Positions 15,854-24,436 of a stretch of DNA of 55,557 bases are shown piece after piece. A model generated the notes under the pieces. The model worked only from the letters and a program-made list of their open reading frames with translations, did no database searches and was not told where the DNA came from. How positions within the stretch are numbered: the stretch's first letter is position 1; each line of letters starts with the position of its first letter. The stretch is from IMG/VR virus record IMGVR_UViG_3300042888_001173; one strand, 5' to 3'. The DNA comes from an uncultured virus (IMG/VR IMGVR_UViG_3300042888_001173) (Duplodnaviria; Heunggongvirae; Uroviricota; Caudoviricetes). Position numbers and translations under genes: made by a program.

Positions 15854-16954
15854 TTAATCGGCTCGAAACGGAGTCCAGCGATCACGTGGCACTAATTTTG
15901 AACCGCCTGCAACATAGCCTTCACCACCGGGCTTACCACCTGTAGTTTGTTCTATGTCGCCGCCTGATGCATCTAGCTCACGAATTACTTCGTCTTTGGC
16001 CGCCATGATCTCACGCACTAGTTCAAACATCACATCCATGACTCCGGGGTGCAGTTCGCTGTGTGCCGCTATCTTGGCAGCTTTGGCAGGAGTCTTTTGC
16101 TCAAAGGCCATAAAAGCTTCTGTGTTGATATTGTCCAGTTGTTTTGTTTTCGATTGGTTATTTACAAAAGTGTAAATTTCACTCTGCAGATAGCCCATAC
16201 CAGCAACAGGAGCTAACAATTTATCAATGGCCTGTTGATTTTTAGCCAGTGCTTCAATAGCAGCAATATTGTCTGCACCAACTGCTGGTCTATAGCTAAC
16301 ACTGGTCAAGCCAAATACCTTTAGGTCTGGATTGCCACTAAACTGATCAGGATCGTCAAAGTCCGCACCTGTCTTGTCTCCAAAGTAACCAAACACCTTG
16401 TGTGCCGCCACTGCTACCTTGGCCTTGGCCAATGCTCGACCAATTTCACTAGTGCCAGCAACAGAGTAAGTGGTTTGATTGGGAGTAAATGTAATTTTGC
16501 CGTTAGCGCCGGCATATGGTTTGCCTGGATGGAATAGGATGTCTCCGTAGACATAACCTCGAAACTCTGCAGGAGTTGCACGTTCAAATATGGGCCATAA
16601 TGCTGCCATATCTCCGGCAAACTTCTCACGCCAATCTTCGCCTTTGCCACGACTCATGATAAACTGTTTGAGTTCGTCTGGGCTAGAACTTTTGCCTTCC
16701 TCACGTCCCCAGTTGTTTTTGCCTACCAGTCGGAAACTGCCATCATCCTCACGTCCCCAGTACACTGTGGGATTGCCGTCCCACTTGATCGTGATACTGG
16801 TTTCGGGACTGGCTAGATCTTTTAGTATTTTAATGGCCTTGTTTGCACCATTGGCTTCTGTGAATACAAGATCTTCTAGGTGGTTGAACTCACGGCCCAC
16901 TTTCTTGGGTGCAGGGGCTGCTTCAGCTTCACGTAAAAATTCAAATGCTCTCAT
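15854..16954 (-). CDS. Ligase-superfamily nucleotidyltransferase-like protein (DUF6267-like)
   Basis: HLEDL, KWDGNP (motif I), GDILF (III), GEGYV (IV), KLV (V). Confidence 0.65.
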   Translation of the reverse strand: MRAFEFLREAEAAPAPKKVGREFNHLEDLVFTEANGANKAIKILKDLASPETSITIKWDGNPTVYWGREDDGSFRLVGKNNWGREEGKSSSPDELKQFIMSRGKGEDWREKFAGDMAALWPIFERATPAEFRGYVYGDILFHPGKPYAGANGKITFTPNQTTYSVAGTSEIGRALAKAKVAVAAHKVFGYFGDKTGADFDDPDQFSGNPDLKVFGLTSVSYRPAVGADNIAAIEALAKNQQAIDKLLAPVAGMGYLQSEIYTFVNNQSKTKQLDNINTEAFMAFEQKTPAKAAKIAAHSELHPGVMDVMFELVREIMAAKDEVIRELDASGGDIEQTTGGKPGGEGYVAGGSKLVPRDRWTPFRAD

Positions 16955-17775
16955 TTAACTCGTTCCATCATTTTGCGAAACCAAGAGGGTGTTCCAGTTT
17001 GCGCACTTTCAAACGAGATTACGTTTTCCGGCAAGGTAATACCTTGCTTGCCCAATGTTTCTCTTGCGCCTGCAACTAGTTCTTCGTAGTTAGGCAATTT
17101 TTTAATAAAATCTAAAATGTTGTCCACTGATTTGATATCTTTAACTGTGGCTGTTTGTCCCAGCAACACCTTGGCAATTTGATTCCAGTCGTTGCCATTG
17201 GGTAGTAGTTCGTCTGTGGTAGCATTTAGTATTCCGTGCTTTGGACTGTACTTGATGCCGCGAGCACGAGCAATTGAACTCAATAGGATATGTCGATGTT
17301 CACCGCGATACTCGCCCTGTCCACCAATCATTGAGCCTTGTTGAAATTTAGGATTAGCTGAAAACATAAAGTCTGCTTGTACAAATCCATTGTCCGGACT
17401 GCCTTTGATTGGCACCTTCCAGTGTACATTGTCTCCGCTGAGTTTGATGTTTTCTTTGCCAAATTGTGCAATGAGTTTTTCAGCGAATGATTTTTTATCC
17501 ACTTCGTTGGCATCAACTGACAGGTCTAGATCACCTGAACTGTTCTTTTCAAAGGTGCCATCTGGATCTTCTTTGCGGCCTGTGGTACCTAGCCATTTAA
17601 CCGGCTTCTTGTCATCAAGATGCTTTTCTTTGGTAAAGTCAAGACCTGTGATTTTTTCAATGTAGAGAATGGTTTCCTCTACGTCTCCTGTGGCAATACG
17701 CTGTGTTAGTGGTTGTTTTTCCGGGCCTTTGAATACGTTGCCGCCTTCTGACAGTTTACTGATCATTGCTTTCAT
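16951..17775 (-). CDS. Pol-beta-superfamily nucleotidyltransferase-like protein
   Basis: LGTTG...SGDLDL and VQADFM (third Asp). Confidence 0.65.
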   Translation of the reverse strand: MKAMISKLSEGGNVFKGPEKQPLTQRIATGDVEETILYIEKITGLDFTKEKHLDDKKPVKWLGTTGRKEDPDGTFEKNSSGDLDLSVDANEVDKKSFAEKLIAQFGKENIKLSGDNVHWKVPIKGSPDNGFVQADFMFSANPKFQQGSMIGGQGEYRGEHRHILLSSIARARGIKYSPKHGILNATTDELLPNGNDWNQIAKVLLGQTATVKDIKSVDNILDFIKKLPNYEELVAGARETLGKQGITLPENVISFESAQTGTPSWFRKMMERVK

Positions 17776-18040
17776 CCAATTTTTTCTTGAGTTTACGTGC
17801 TTCTGCTATTCTGCGAACACCACGTGTGAATTTTGCAGGATCTTGACCCTTGATTGCATTGATAAGTCTACGCTCAAGTTCGTCTGCTGAAGCAGAATCA
17901 TAATTTTTATGAATACTTTCCAAGAGGTTAATAGCCGAATTGATGATGTTGGCAGCACGACTTTCTATCAACGAATCAGTGCTGCGCACATCGGCAATAG
18001 AATTTAGTTCCTGCAAAATCGATCTGGTTTGAAGCTTCAT
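17756..18040 (-). CDS. Hypothetical helical protein
   Basis: 94-aa ORF with AGGA RBS and TAAATA upstream. Confidence 0.75.
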   Translation of the reverse strand: MKLQTRSILQELNSIADVRSTDSLIESRAANIINSAINLLESIHKNYDSASADELERRLINAIKGQDPAKFTRGVRRIAEARKLKKKLDESNDQ

Positions 18041-18173
18041 TGAAATATTCCTATTGTGTATTTAACTCATTTTAAACAATAATAACATTGTACTGAAAAA
18101 TGTGCGATCGCACAAGAGCCGGATAAATAACTCAGTAGAAACACTGAGTCTACACTAACACACAGGAAACACA

Positions 18174-18350
18174 ATGAAATTTTTATCAGATCGAATGTTA
18201 GCTATTATGGAACGTCTATCCGAAATGTTCCCTGGATCCAGCTATCAAAGCCGCTTAGATCAATATCTAAGCACCAAAGGCATTACCGATGCCGCACAAC
18301 TCGAAAATTATATTCGACAATTCAACTCCCAAAAGGAATCTTATCTATGA
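18174..18350 (+). CDS. 58-aa DUF3563-like small protein (not in the ORF track)
   Basis: MKFLSDRML...QSRLDQYLSTKGITDAAQLENYIRQF; CAGGA RBS. Confidence 0.65.
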   Translation: MKFLSDRMLAIMERLSEMFPGSSYQSRLDQYLSTKGITDAAQLENYIRQFNSQKESYL

Positions 18351-18466
18351 AAACAATCTTAAACTCAATCTGGTCATTTTTAGAATCATTTGCACAGGCC
18401 CGTGCTGCCGCAAGTCTTGCTCGTCAAGGTCGCATTGAAGAAGCCAAAGCCGTATACACAAACTAA
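18347..18466 (+). CDS. 39-aa small protein (MKTILNSIWSFLESFAQARAAASLARQGRIEEAKAVYTN)
   Basis: AAGGA RBS; ATGA coupling. Confidence 0.65.
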   Translation: MKTILNSIWSFLESFAQARAAASLARQGRIEEAKAVYTN

Positions 18467-18562
18467 ATGAACTACTTAGACACCGTAATAATGCTGTTAC
18501 GCTGGAAACAACAAGGGTGGGAAGTACATCCTATAGTTGACGAATTTCACGGCTGGTTCTAA
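18467..18562 (+). CDS. 31-aa small protein
   Basis: Starts immediately after the previous TAA; MNYLDTVIMLLRWKQQGWEVHPIVDEFHGWF. Confidence 0.45.
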   Translation: MNYLDTVIMLLRWKQQGWEVHPIVDEFHGWF

Positions 18563-18578
18563 GCTAATAAATACTGGC

Positions 18579-19154
18579 ATGAAATTAGTGTATATACACG
18601 GTGCCAATGCCACCAGCGAGAGCTTCAATTACATCAAGAGTAAACTAGGCGACGGACTAGATATAAACTACGACAGTCGCAATGGGTTTGAAAACAACCT
18701 AAAAGATATGCAGTCTACGTTAGACGGGAATACTGATCTAGTGTTTGTTGCACATAGTCTAGGCGGTATCTATAGCCTGCATTTGGCCAATAGTATGCCC
18801 GATGCTGTTAAAGGTGCTGTTACTCTAAGCACACCATATGGTGGCGCCGAAGTGGCAGACTATGCCCAATACTTCTTGCCGTTCAGCAGACTGATGCGTG
18901 ACATTGGTCCTAGTAGTTGGGTTATGAAACAGGCAAGAAACATCAAGATACAGCATCCTTGGACTAACATTGTAACAGTCAAAGGACAAAGTGCATTCAT
19001 GCATGAGCCCAATGATGGTGTTGTGACTATTGCTAGTCAGAAGCATCATGAGGATATGGAACTAGTAGAAGTAGATTATAACCACTATGAGGTTGTGCTC
19101 AGTGACGTAGTGGTTAAACTTATTAAAGAACGAGTAAACAAGTTCAAGAAATAA
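18579..19154 (+). CDS. Alpha/beta hydrolase (lipase/esterase-like), start ATG 18579
   Basis: YIHG oxyanion, AHSLGG nucleophile, STPYGG, NDGVV, NHYEV. Confidence 0.85.
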   Translation: MKLVYIHGANATSESFNYIKSKLGDGLDINYDSRNGFENNLKDMQSTLDGNTDLVFVAHSLGGIYSLHLANSMPDAVKGAVTLSTPYGGAEVADYAQYFLPFSRLMRDIGPSSWVMKQARNIKIQHPWTNIVTVKGQSAFMHEPNDGVVTIASQKHHEDMELVEVDYNHYEVVLSDVVVKLIKERVNKFKK

Positions 19155-19155
19155 G

Positions 19156-19184
19156 TTGCTTTTAGATCATAGAGCATATATAAT
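19156..19184 (+). promoter_or_regulatory. sigma70 promoter
   Basis: TTGCTT, 17 bp, TATAAT. Confidence 0.7.
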
Positions 19185-19241
19185 AGTACATAGAGAAAAA
19201 GAAGTATCTATGTAAACAGACATTACACACAGGAGATTATT

Positions 19242-19517
19242 ATGTCAGAAATTTTTACAGCACCAAAGCTACCAGAAGTTAAATTCAACAAGAACGGATA
19301 CGAAATTCGTACAGACATCTTGGGCATGGCCAAGAGCCTAGTACAAGACGACTTCCAAGCCAAGTTCCAAGGTTGGGAAATGACTGCTACTCGCGATGAG
19401 AAGACTGGTCAGATCGTTACTAAGGTAGACATGCCAACTTTCCCAGGACTTGATAAAGTTCTAGAAACAGCAGAGAAAATGTACGCATTTGTCAATGCTG
19501 GCGCTACCAAGAAGTAA
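19242..19517 (+). CDS. Conserved-looking small phage protein, monocistronic
   Basis: CAGGAG RBS, own promoter and terminator. Confidence 0.8.
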   Translation: MSEIFTAPKLPEVKFNKNGYEIRTDILGMAKSLVQDDFQAKFQGWEMTATRDEKTGQIVTKVDMPTFPGLDKVLETAEKMYAFVNAGATKK

Positions 19518-19557
19518 ATTATTAGCCGCATAGCGGTATATTATAATATAGTAAATG

Positions 19558-19581
19558 AAAAAGGACCTTCGGGTCCTTTTT
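19558..19581. terminator. Bidirectional intrinsic terminator between convergent genes
   Basis: AAAAAGGACC-TTCG-GGTCCTTTTT. Confidence 0.9.
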
Positions 19582-20286
19582 CTATGTGCGTAACTTGGCC
19601 AGTCTTAAAAATTTAAATAGACTAAACCACATCCAACCTATGTCAAACTCAAACCAACGACGACTCAGCTTAGGATTAGCAGGATCTAAGTGATGATTGT
19701 TGTGTAGTTCTTCACCGCCAATTAGTATGCCCCAAGGCACTATATTACGGCTGTGGTCTTTGGTTTCGCCATTGCGATAGCCCCACCAGTGTCCGATGCC
19801 GTTGATAAATCCAGCGGCCCAGAACGGAATCCATAACATTTGTACACCCCACACCATAAACCCCCAAAGCCCAAATAACAATAAGTCTATGACTAGCATT
19901 AAGAGAATGCCTAGTTTGTGATGTGGGGTATACAACTTGCGTTCAATCCAGTCTTTGGGAGTGCCCATTCCGTATTTCATGATCATGTCAGCATCTTTGC
20001 CAGCACGATTATAAAACTTGACTCCACCAAATACCAATGGCCAAATACCAAATACGTGTGGACTATGTGGATCACCTTCTACATCAGTATTTTGATGATG
20101 TTTACGGTGAATTGCTACCCATTGCTTAGTAGTCATGCCTGTGGTCATCCACAACCAAAAACGCATAAAATGGCTCAGGATTGGGTGAAATTCAATTCCT
20201 CTATGTGCTTGGTTTCTGTGTAGATATAGTGTGACACAGACTATTGTGATGTGCGTCATTACTAGGGTTGCGATTATTATAGTCAT
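19582..20286 (-). CDS. Membrane delta-9-type fatty acid (acyl-CoA) desaturase
   Basis: His boxes HRNQAH, HRKHH, GEELHNNHH; DPHSP; TM segments. Confidence 0.93.
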   Translation of the reverse strand: MTIIIATLVMTHITIVCVTLYLHRNQAHRGIEFHPILSHFMRFWLWMTTGMTTKQWVAIHRKHHQNTDVEGDPHSPHVFGIWPLVFGGVKFYNRAGKDADMIMKYGMGTPKDWIERKLYTPHHKLGILLMLVIDLLLFGLWGFMVWGVQMLWIPFWAAGFINGIGHWWGYRNGETKDHSRNIVPWGILIGGEELHNNHHLDPANPKLSRRWFEFDIGWMWFSLFKFLRLAKLRT

Positions 20287-20301
20287 CTTTTACTTAGCCC
20301 G

Positions 20302-20330
20302 TTGACATAAGGGTTAAATTATGCTATAAT
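20302..20330 (+). promoter_or_regulatory. Consensus sigma70 promoter with extended -10
   Basis: TTGACA, 17 bp, TGcTATAAT. Confidence 0.85.
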
Positions 20331-20335
20331 ATAGT

Positions 20336-20935
20336 ATGAAAAATAAACTTATACTCACAGACGCAGATGGAGTTTTGCTAGATTGGGAATGGGCATTCTC
20401 AGTTTGGATGCAAGAACGCGGTTACACTCTAACAGCAGACAACAAGAAAAGCTATTATCTGCATGATCACTACAATGAGCTAGAGGAACGGGATTCAAAG
20501 AAAGTTGTTAAAACTTTCAACGAGTCAGCAGCCATTGGCTTTCTTCCTGCTCTACGTGATTCAGCTCACTATGTTAAAAGACTGCACGAAGAACACGGTT
20601 ATGAATTCCGGGTGATCACAAGTCTAAGTCTAGACAAGAACGCAGGCAAACTGCGTGAAATGAATCTTCGTAAACTGTTTGGCAATGCCATTGAAAGTGT
20701 TATTTGCCTGGACACAGGTGCAGACAAAGATTCAGCATTGGCTCCTTACAAGGCGAGTGGCATGTGGTGGATTGAAGACAAGCCTGCCAATGCCGATGTT
20801 GGCCACAGTCTAGGACTGCGCTCTATCCTTATTGAACACGGGCACAATATGCATCATGAATGTTCATACCCTGTGGTCAAGAACTGGCGCGAACTCTACG
20901 AACTAGTTTTAACTCCAGTATCTGGTGCTGTCTAA
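20336..20935 (+). CDS. HAD-family phosphatase/nucleotidase (T4 gp30.2-like)
   Basis: LTDADGVLLDW, VITS, WIEDK. Confidence 0.85.
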   Translation: MKNKLILTDADGVLLDWEWAFSVWMQERGYTLTADNKKSYYLHDHYNELEERDSKKVVKTFNESAAIGFLPALRDSAHYVKRLHEEHGYEFRVITSLSLDKNAGKLREMNLRKLFGNAIESVICLDTGADKDSALAPYKASGMWWIEDKPANADVGHSLGLRSILIEHGHNMHHECSYPVVKNWRELYELVLTPVSGAV

Positions 20936-21625
20936 ACTGTCCCAATAGGCTTTGTTGTTGCGATTGACAAAGTTTTTGACTAGATACTTGGCCATGCCCA
21001 TATAGCCCATCTTCTTGAATCTACGACTGTCCTGACCAAAGTGATGTCGTATGATTCTAAACTTCTTAGGGCTGTACTTACGGCTCAAGAAGAAGTCTTC
21101 TGATGTTGCAAACTGCTCCGGAAAGCCGCCGTACTGTTCAAAGCGATCCCTGCGTGTTAGCATAAAAGCACCAACAGCAAAAGGACTAACATATTTTAAT
21201 ACATGATTGATTAGGTTAAATGCTGTAAACCCAATCTTTGCTCGTAGGTCTCGATCATAGCATTTGATATTCAATCCTATGAGGTCTAGGTTCTTACGCT
21301 CTATCATGTCAACAGCATCTTGTATTACATTATCTTTAAAGAATCGCACATCAGCATCAATAAACAAGATATAGGGAGTAGTGACCAGTTGTGCTCCATT
21401 GTTCTTGGCCAGCGAAACAGGCCCACCTTCAATGATTTCTACATTTAACTTGCCCTTTGCGGCTTGAATAACTTCACGAGTATTGTCTGTAGAACAATCA
21501 GCAATGATGATTCTAGTATCACCAATGTTTTGGCTGCGTAGAGAGTCTAGCAAATGGTGTATGTAGTTCTCCTCATTCTTGCAGGGAACCACAATGGTAA
21601 TTTTATCGCTTATTGTCGTTTGCAT
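20909..21625 (-). CDS. Family 2 glycosyltransferase
   Basis: IVVPCKNEE, ADCSTD, FIDAD, GGF...SED, SRRF. Confidence 0.92.
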   Translation of the reverse strand: MQTTISDKITIVVPCKNEENYIHHLLDSLRSQNIGDTRIIIADCSTDNTREVIQAAKGKLNVEIIEGGPVSLAKNNGAQLVTTPYILFIDADVRFFKDNVIQDAVDMIERKNLDLIGLNIKCYDRDLRAKIGFTAFNLINHVLKYVSPFAVGAFMLTRRDRFEQYGGFPEQFATSEDFFLSRKYSPKKFRIIRHHFGQDSRRFKKMGYMGMAKYLVKNFVNRNNKAYWDSLDSTRYWS

Positions 21626-21780
21626 TGGCCTACCACCTTAAAATTTTTAAACTTCAGCTGCCACTTGAGGCTGCTTAGGACTTGCTCGCAGGTCTTTTGA
21701 TCTTGGAACTGGAGTTCTACTCTGCCTGGTTGATCCTGGGGATCGTTTATATGTATCGCTGTCAGTATCAATAGCCACAT
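21610..21780 (-). CDS. 56-aa protein overlapping the phosphoesterase C-terminal tail (not in the ORF track)
   Basis: AAGGAG RBS, MWLLILTAIHINDPQDQPGRVELQFQDQKTCEQ...VVGQCKRQ*. Confidence 0.6.
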   Translation of the reverse strand: MWLLILTAIHINDPQDQPGRVELQFQDQKTCEQVLSSLKWQLKFKNFKVVGQCKRQ

Positions 21781-22534
21781 CATCTCGCTCCTTGGTCCAA
21801 GTTATAATTTCCCAACGGCCGTTGTGGTGTTCTACAAGTGCAGTACACGATTCAACCCAGTCACCGTCATTCATATAAGTTACACCGTTGATCTCTTTGA
21901 TCTCTGCATGGTGTATGTGTCCGCATATGATTCCATCAAAGCCACGTTTCTTGCAATAGCCTGCTAGATTCTCTTCAAACTTGAATATAAAGTCTACTGC
22001 TTTTTTAACCTTGTGCTTAAGAAATTTGCTAAGGCTAAAGTACCCAAAACCCATACGACGACGAATCCAATTAAATTTATTGTTGAGGCTAAGAATAAAG
22101 TCATAGGCCTTGTCTCCCAAGAACGCAATCCACGGTGCCAGTCTAGTAATGCCATCAAATAGGTCACCATGTGTAACTAGATAGTGTTTGCCGTCTGCAC
22201 CTATATGTTCTATTTGATTGTGTATTTCTACTAGTCCAAATGAAAAGCCATACGGTATCATGGGTCTTAGAAACTCATCGTGATTGCCTGCTATGAATAC
22301 CACACGAGTTCCACGCTTGGCGTGACCTAGTATTCTGCGTACCACATTAGTGTGGCTCTGCTTCCACCGCCATTTGTTCTGTTGTATCTTCCAGGCGTCG
22401 ATTATATCTCCCACAAGGTATAGTGTGTCACAACTATTATGCTTGAGGAAATTATTTAGTTGTCCAGCCTTGCAGTCTTTGGTACCTAAGTGGACATCGC
22501 TTACAAAAATACTACGATAAGTCTTTTGCATCAA
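21647..22534 (-). CDS. Metallophosphoesterase of the LpxH2/PlcP-like group
   Basis: SDVHLG, GDIID, GNHD, HGD, CGHIH, NDGDWVESCT. Confidence 0.88.
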   Translation of the reverse strand: MMQKTYRSIFVSDVHLGTKDCKAGQLNNFLKHNSCDTLYLVGDIIDAWKIQQNKWRWKQSHTNVVRRILGHAKRGTRVVFIAGNHDEFLRPMIPYGFSFGLVEIHNQIEHIGADGKHYLVTHGDLFDGITRLAPWIAFLGDKAYDFILSLNNKFNWIRRRMGFGYFSLSKFLKHKVKKAVDFIFKFEENLAGYCKKRGFDGIICGHIHHAEIKEINGVTYMNDGDWVESCTALVEHHNGRWEIITWTKERDDVAIDTDSDTYKRSPGSTRQSRTPVPRSKDLRASPKQPQVAAEV

Positions 22535-22564
22535 ATATTTAACGAATATTCGATTACACTAAGA

Positions 22565-23212
22565 TTACAAAGTCATCAATTCGTCAACAAAGTCTAATAA
22601 CAATGTGTGGTGGTGACCATTATGGTACAGACCCTGCATCCATGAATAGCCTTCATACCAATGAGGTTGACTTTCGGGATGACAGCCCATGATGCCTACA
22701 TTGCCCTGTATAACAGCCATTGGATCACCGTTGGGATACAGACTCCATATCTTGGCTGTGTCAATGCCTGCACCTACTAGAGCACAGCCATCATAGAAGA
22801 ACATAGATTCTTCTTCACCCTGCCACAACACTCGTTGATTCTTGGCGTGTGGTCTGCGTGTGTCAGCACCTGGACGGGTAATGTATTGTTCTGCACGAAT
22901 GTCTTTGAGTAGATCAAGATAGTAATGTTCGGCCCAATAGGCTCCCATACAGATGCCTAGGTACCGGCCACCACCACGAACAAATCTTTTGACTGCATCT
23001 CCATTCTCGCTGAATAGATAATCAAAACTACTGGCATCCCCTATGCCTCCGGGAATACAGATACAGTCTACATCGTCAAAGAAATCCCGCTCAACTTCGT
23101 GGCGGGTGAATATTTTAAAACTGTAATGTGAGCCCAGGGCTTGCATAATCCCATTGCCGCTTTGCACACTGCACTTGGGTTGATGTAAGAATAACGCAAT
23201 CTTTTTCATCAC
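22565..23212 (-). CDS. BPL-N / class I glutamine amidotransferase-like protein
   Basis: PGG, GGRYLGICMGAY, HPE. Confidence 0.85.
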   Translation of the reverse strand: MMKKIALFLHQPKCSVQSGNGIMQALGSHYSFKIFTRHEVERDFFDDVDCICIPGGIGDASSFDYLFSENGDAVKRFVRGGGRYLGICMGAYWAEHYYLDLLKDIRAEQYITRPGADTRRPHAKNQRVLWQGEEESMFFYDGCALVGAGIDTAKIWSLYPNGDPMAVIQGNVGIMGCHPESQPHWYEGYSWMQGLYHNGHHHTLLLDFVDELMTL

Positions 23213-23224
23213 AGCTCTTTATGT

Positions 23225-23326
23225 TAGTGCTCACTTAGAACGCCATTCCCGGGCACGACTCCGATAACGTTCTGCCCAGCAGCCGGGCACACCAAGTAAC
23301 GCAAGCGTTCCTAAGGTAGGTGTTCT
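23225..23326 (-). ncRNA. Candidate structured RNA of unknown family
   Basis: GC-rich intergenic island with nested stems and G:U pairs on the minus strand. Confidence 0.45.
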
Positions 23327-23335
23327 ATTCTAAAA

Positions 23336-23776
23336 TTAATTGCACCAGCTTTGTTTAGCGTCACCGTAGTATTCACGAGCGTGACCGTTGCTAATAAGTC
23401 CCTGTCTAATGCTCTGTCCGTTTACCAAGATATCTCCCAATATACGGCCACCAAACTTATCCCATCCATAGATAATAACTTGGTGCTTTGGGTGGGATTG
23501 TAGGGCTTGAGTTGTAAATTTACTCGCCAGTTGCGCTCGCTGGTCTTCTTGTGGACATTGAGCTCTGTGTCCTTTTTCCGGGGTGTCGACTCCGTAGATT
23601 CTAACAGCAAGTTCAGGTTTGAGCGGTAGTGGTAGAAAGGGAGCGGCGATTACAATAGTATCGCCATCACTCACTCTAATAACTTGTGCGTCATAAGTCG
23701 CTGACTTGGCAGGCATCTTGCCCTGTGCAAATGCTAGTACCGGGACTAACAATAATACGGCTAAAAATCTTTTCAT
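23336..23776 (-). CDS. Thermonuclease (SNase-like) with signal peptide
   Basis: DGDT, RIYGVDTPE, DKFGGRILG, N-terminal signal. Confidence 0.9.
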   Translation of the reverse strand: MKRFLAVLLLVPVLAFAQGKMPAKSATYDAQVIRVSDGDTIVIAAPFLPLPLKPELAVRIYGVDTPEKGHRAQCPQEDQRAQLASKFTTQALQSHPKHQVIIYGWDKFGGRILGDILVNGQSIRQGLISNGHAREYYGDAKQSWCN

Positions 23777-23800
23777 ATAAACTCCAATAAGTGCTAGTAT

Positions 23801-24436
23801 TTATTCGTATGTAACAGTGTCTGAGTCACCTAGACGCCATTTAGGGTTCTGTTCAACCACCCACTTCTTAGTGGCCACTTTGAAGTCTGGGTGCAGCATT
23901 TCTTTGGGATTGCTGGCGGCATCAAAGAATCTGCAGCGATTGTTGGGCTGTGCGGCATACTGTCCGTTGTCTAGTTCGATAAAGTTAAAGCTCTTGTGAT
24001 CTTCAGGCCATTCTGAATATGTGGTGTCTATGATGTTCATGTCAGGTGCGGCATTGTCCACTGTGAACAAGTATTTGCCCTTGTGTAGCTGACGATCCTT
24101 GGCATAGAACTCACAGCTGAGATTGCGTAGAAATGCTTTCTGGATCACAGCTATGTCATAGCTGAAACAATCCCAAATCTGTAAGGTGTCCAATGATAGG
24201 AACTTGTCCGACTCTAAGTCAGTGTTTCTACTCACATAGGCATGTAGGGGCAGCTTGTCATAGAGAGCACCGTATCTGGGCAAATAGCTTTCTATGCGGA
24301 ATGCTTGACTGCGTAGGCTCTTGATACTAACCCAGATGCAGGGTTCATACTCTCCGTATCCTGATTTAAAATCGTAGAGAAATTCTCGTCTTACAAAACA
24401 ATGTACAGGTGGCAGATTAGCCACTAAGAAACTCAT
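23801..24436 (-). CDS. Conserved hypothetical phage protein (start ATG 24436)
   Basis: MSFLVANLPP..., LQIWDCFSY, LDNGQYAAQPNNR; TAATG coupling. Confidence 0.75.
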   Translation of the reverse strand: MSFLVANLPPVHCFVRREFLYDFKSGYGEYEPCIWVSIKSLRSQAFRIESYLPRYGALYDKLPLHAYVSRNTDLESDKFLSLDTLQIWDCFSYDIAVIQKAFLRNLSCEFYAKDRQLHKGKYLFTVDNAAPDMNIIDTTYSEWPEDHKSFNFIELDNGQYAAQPNNRCRFFDAASNPKEMLHPDFKVATKKWVVEQNPKWRLGDSDTVTYE

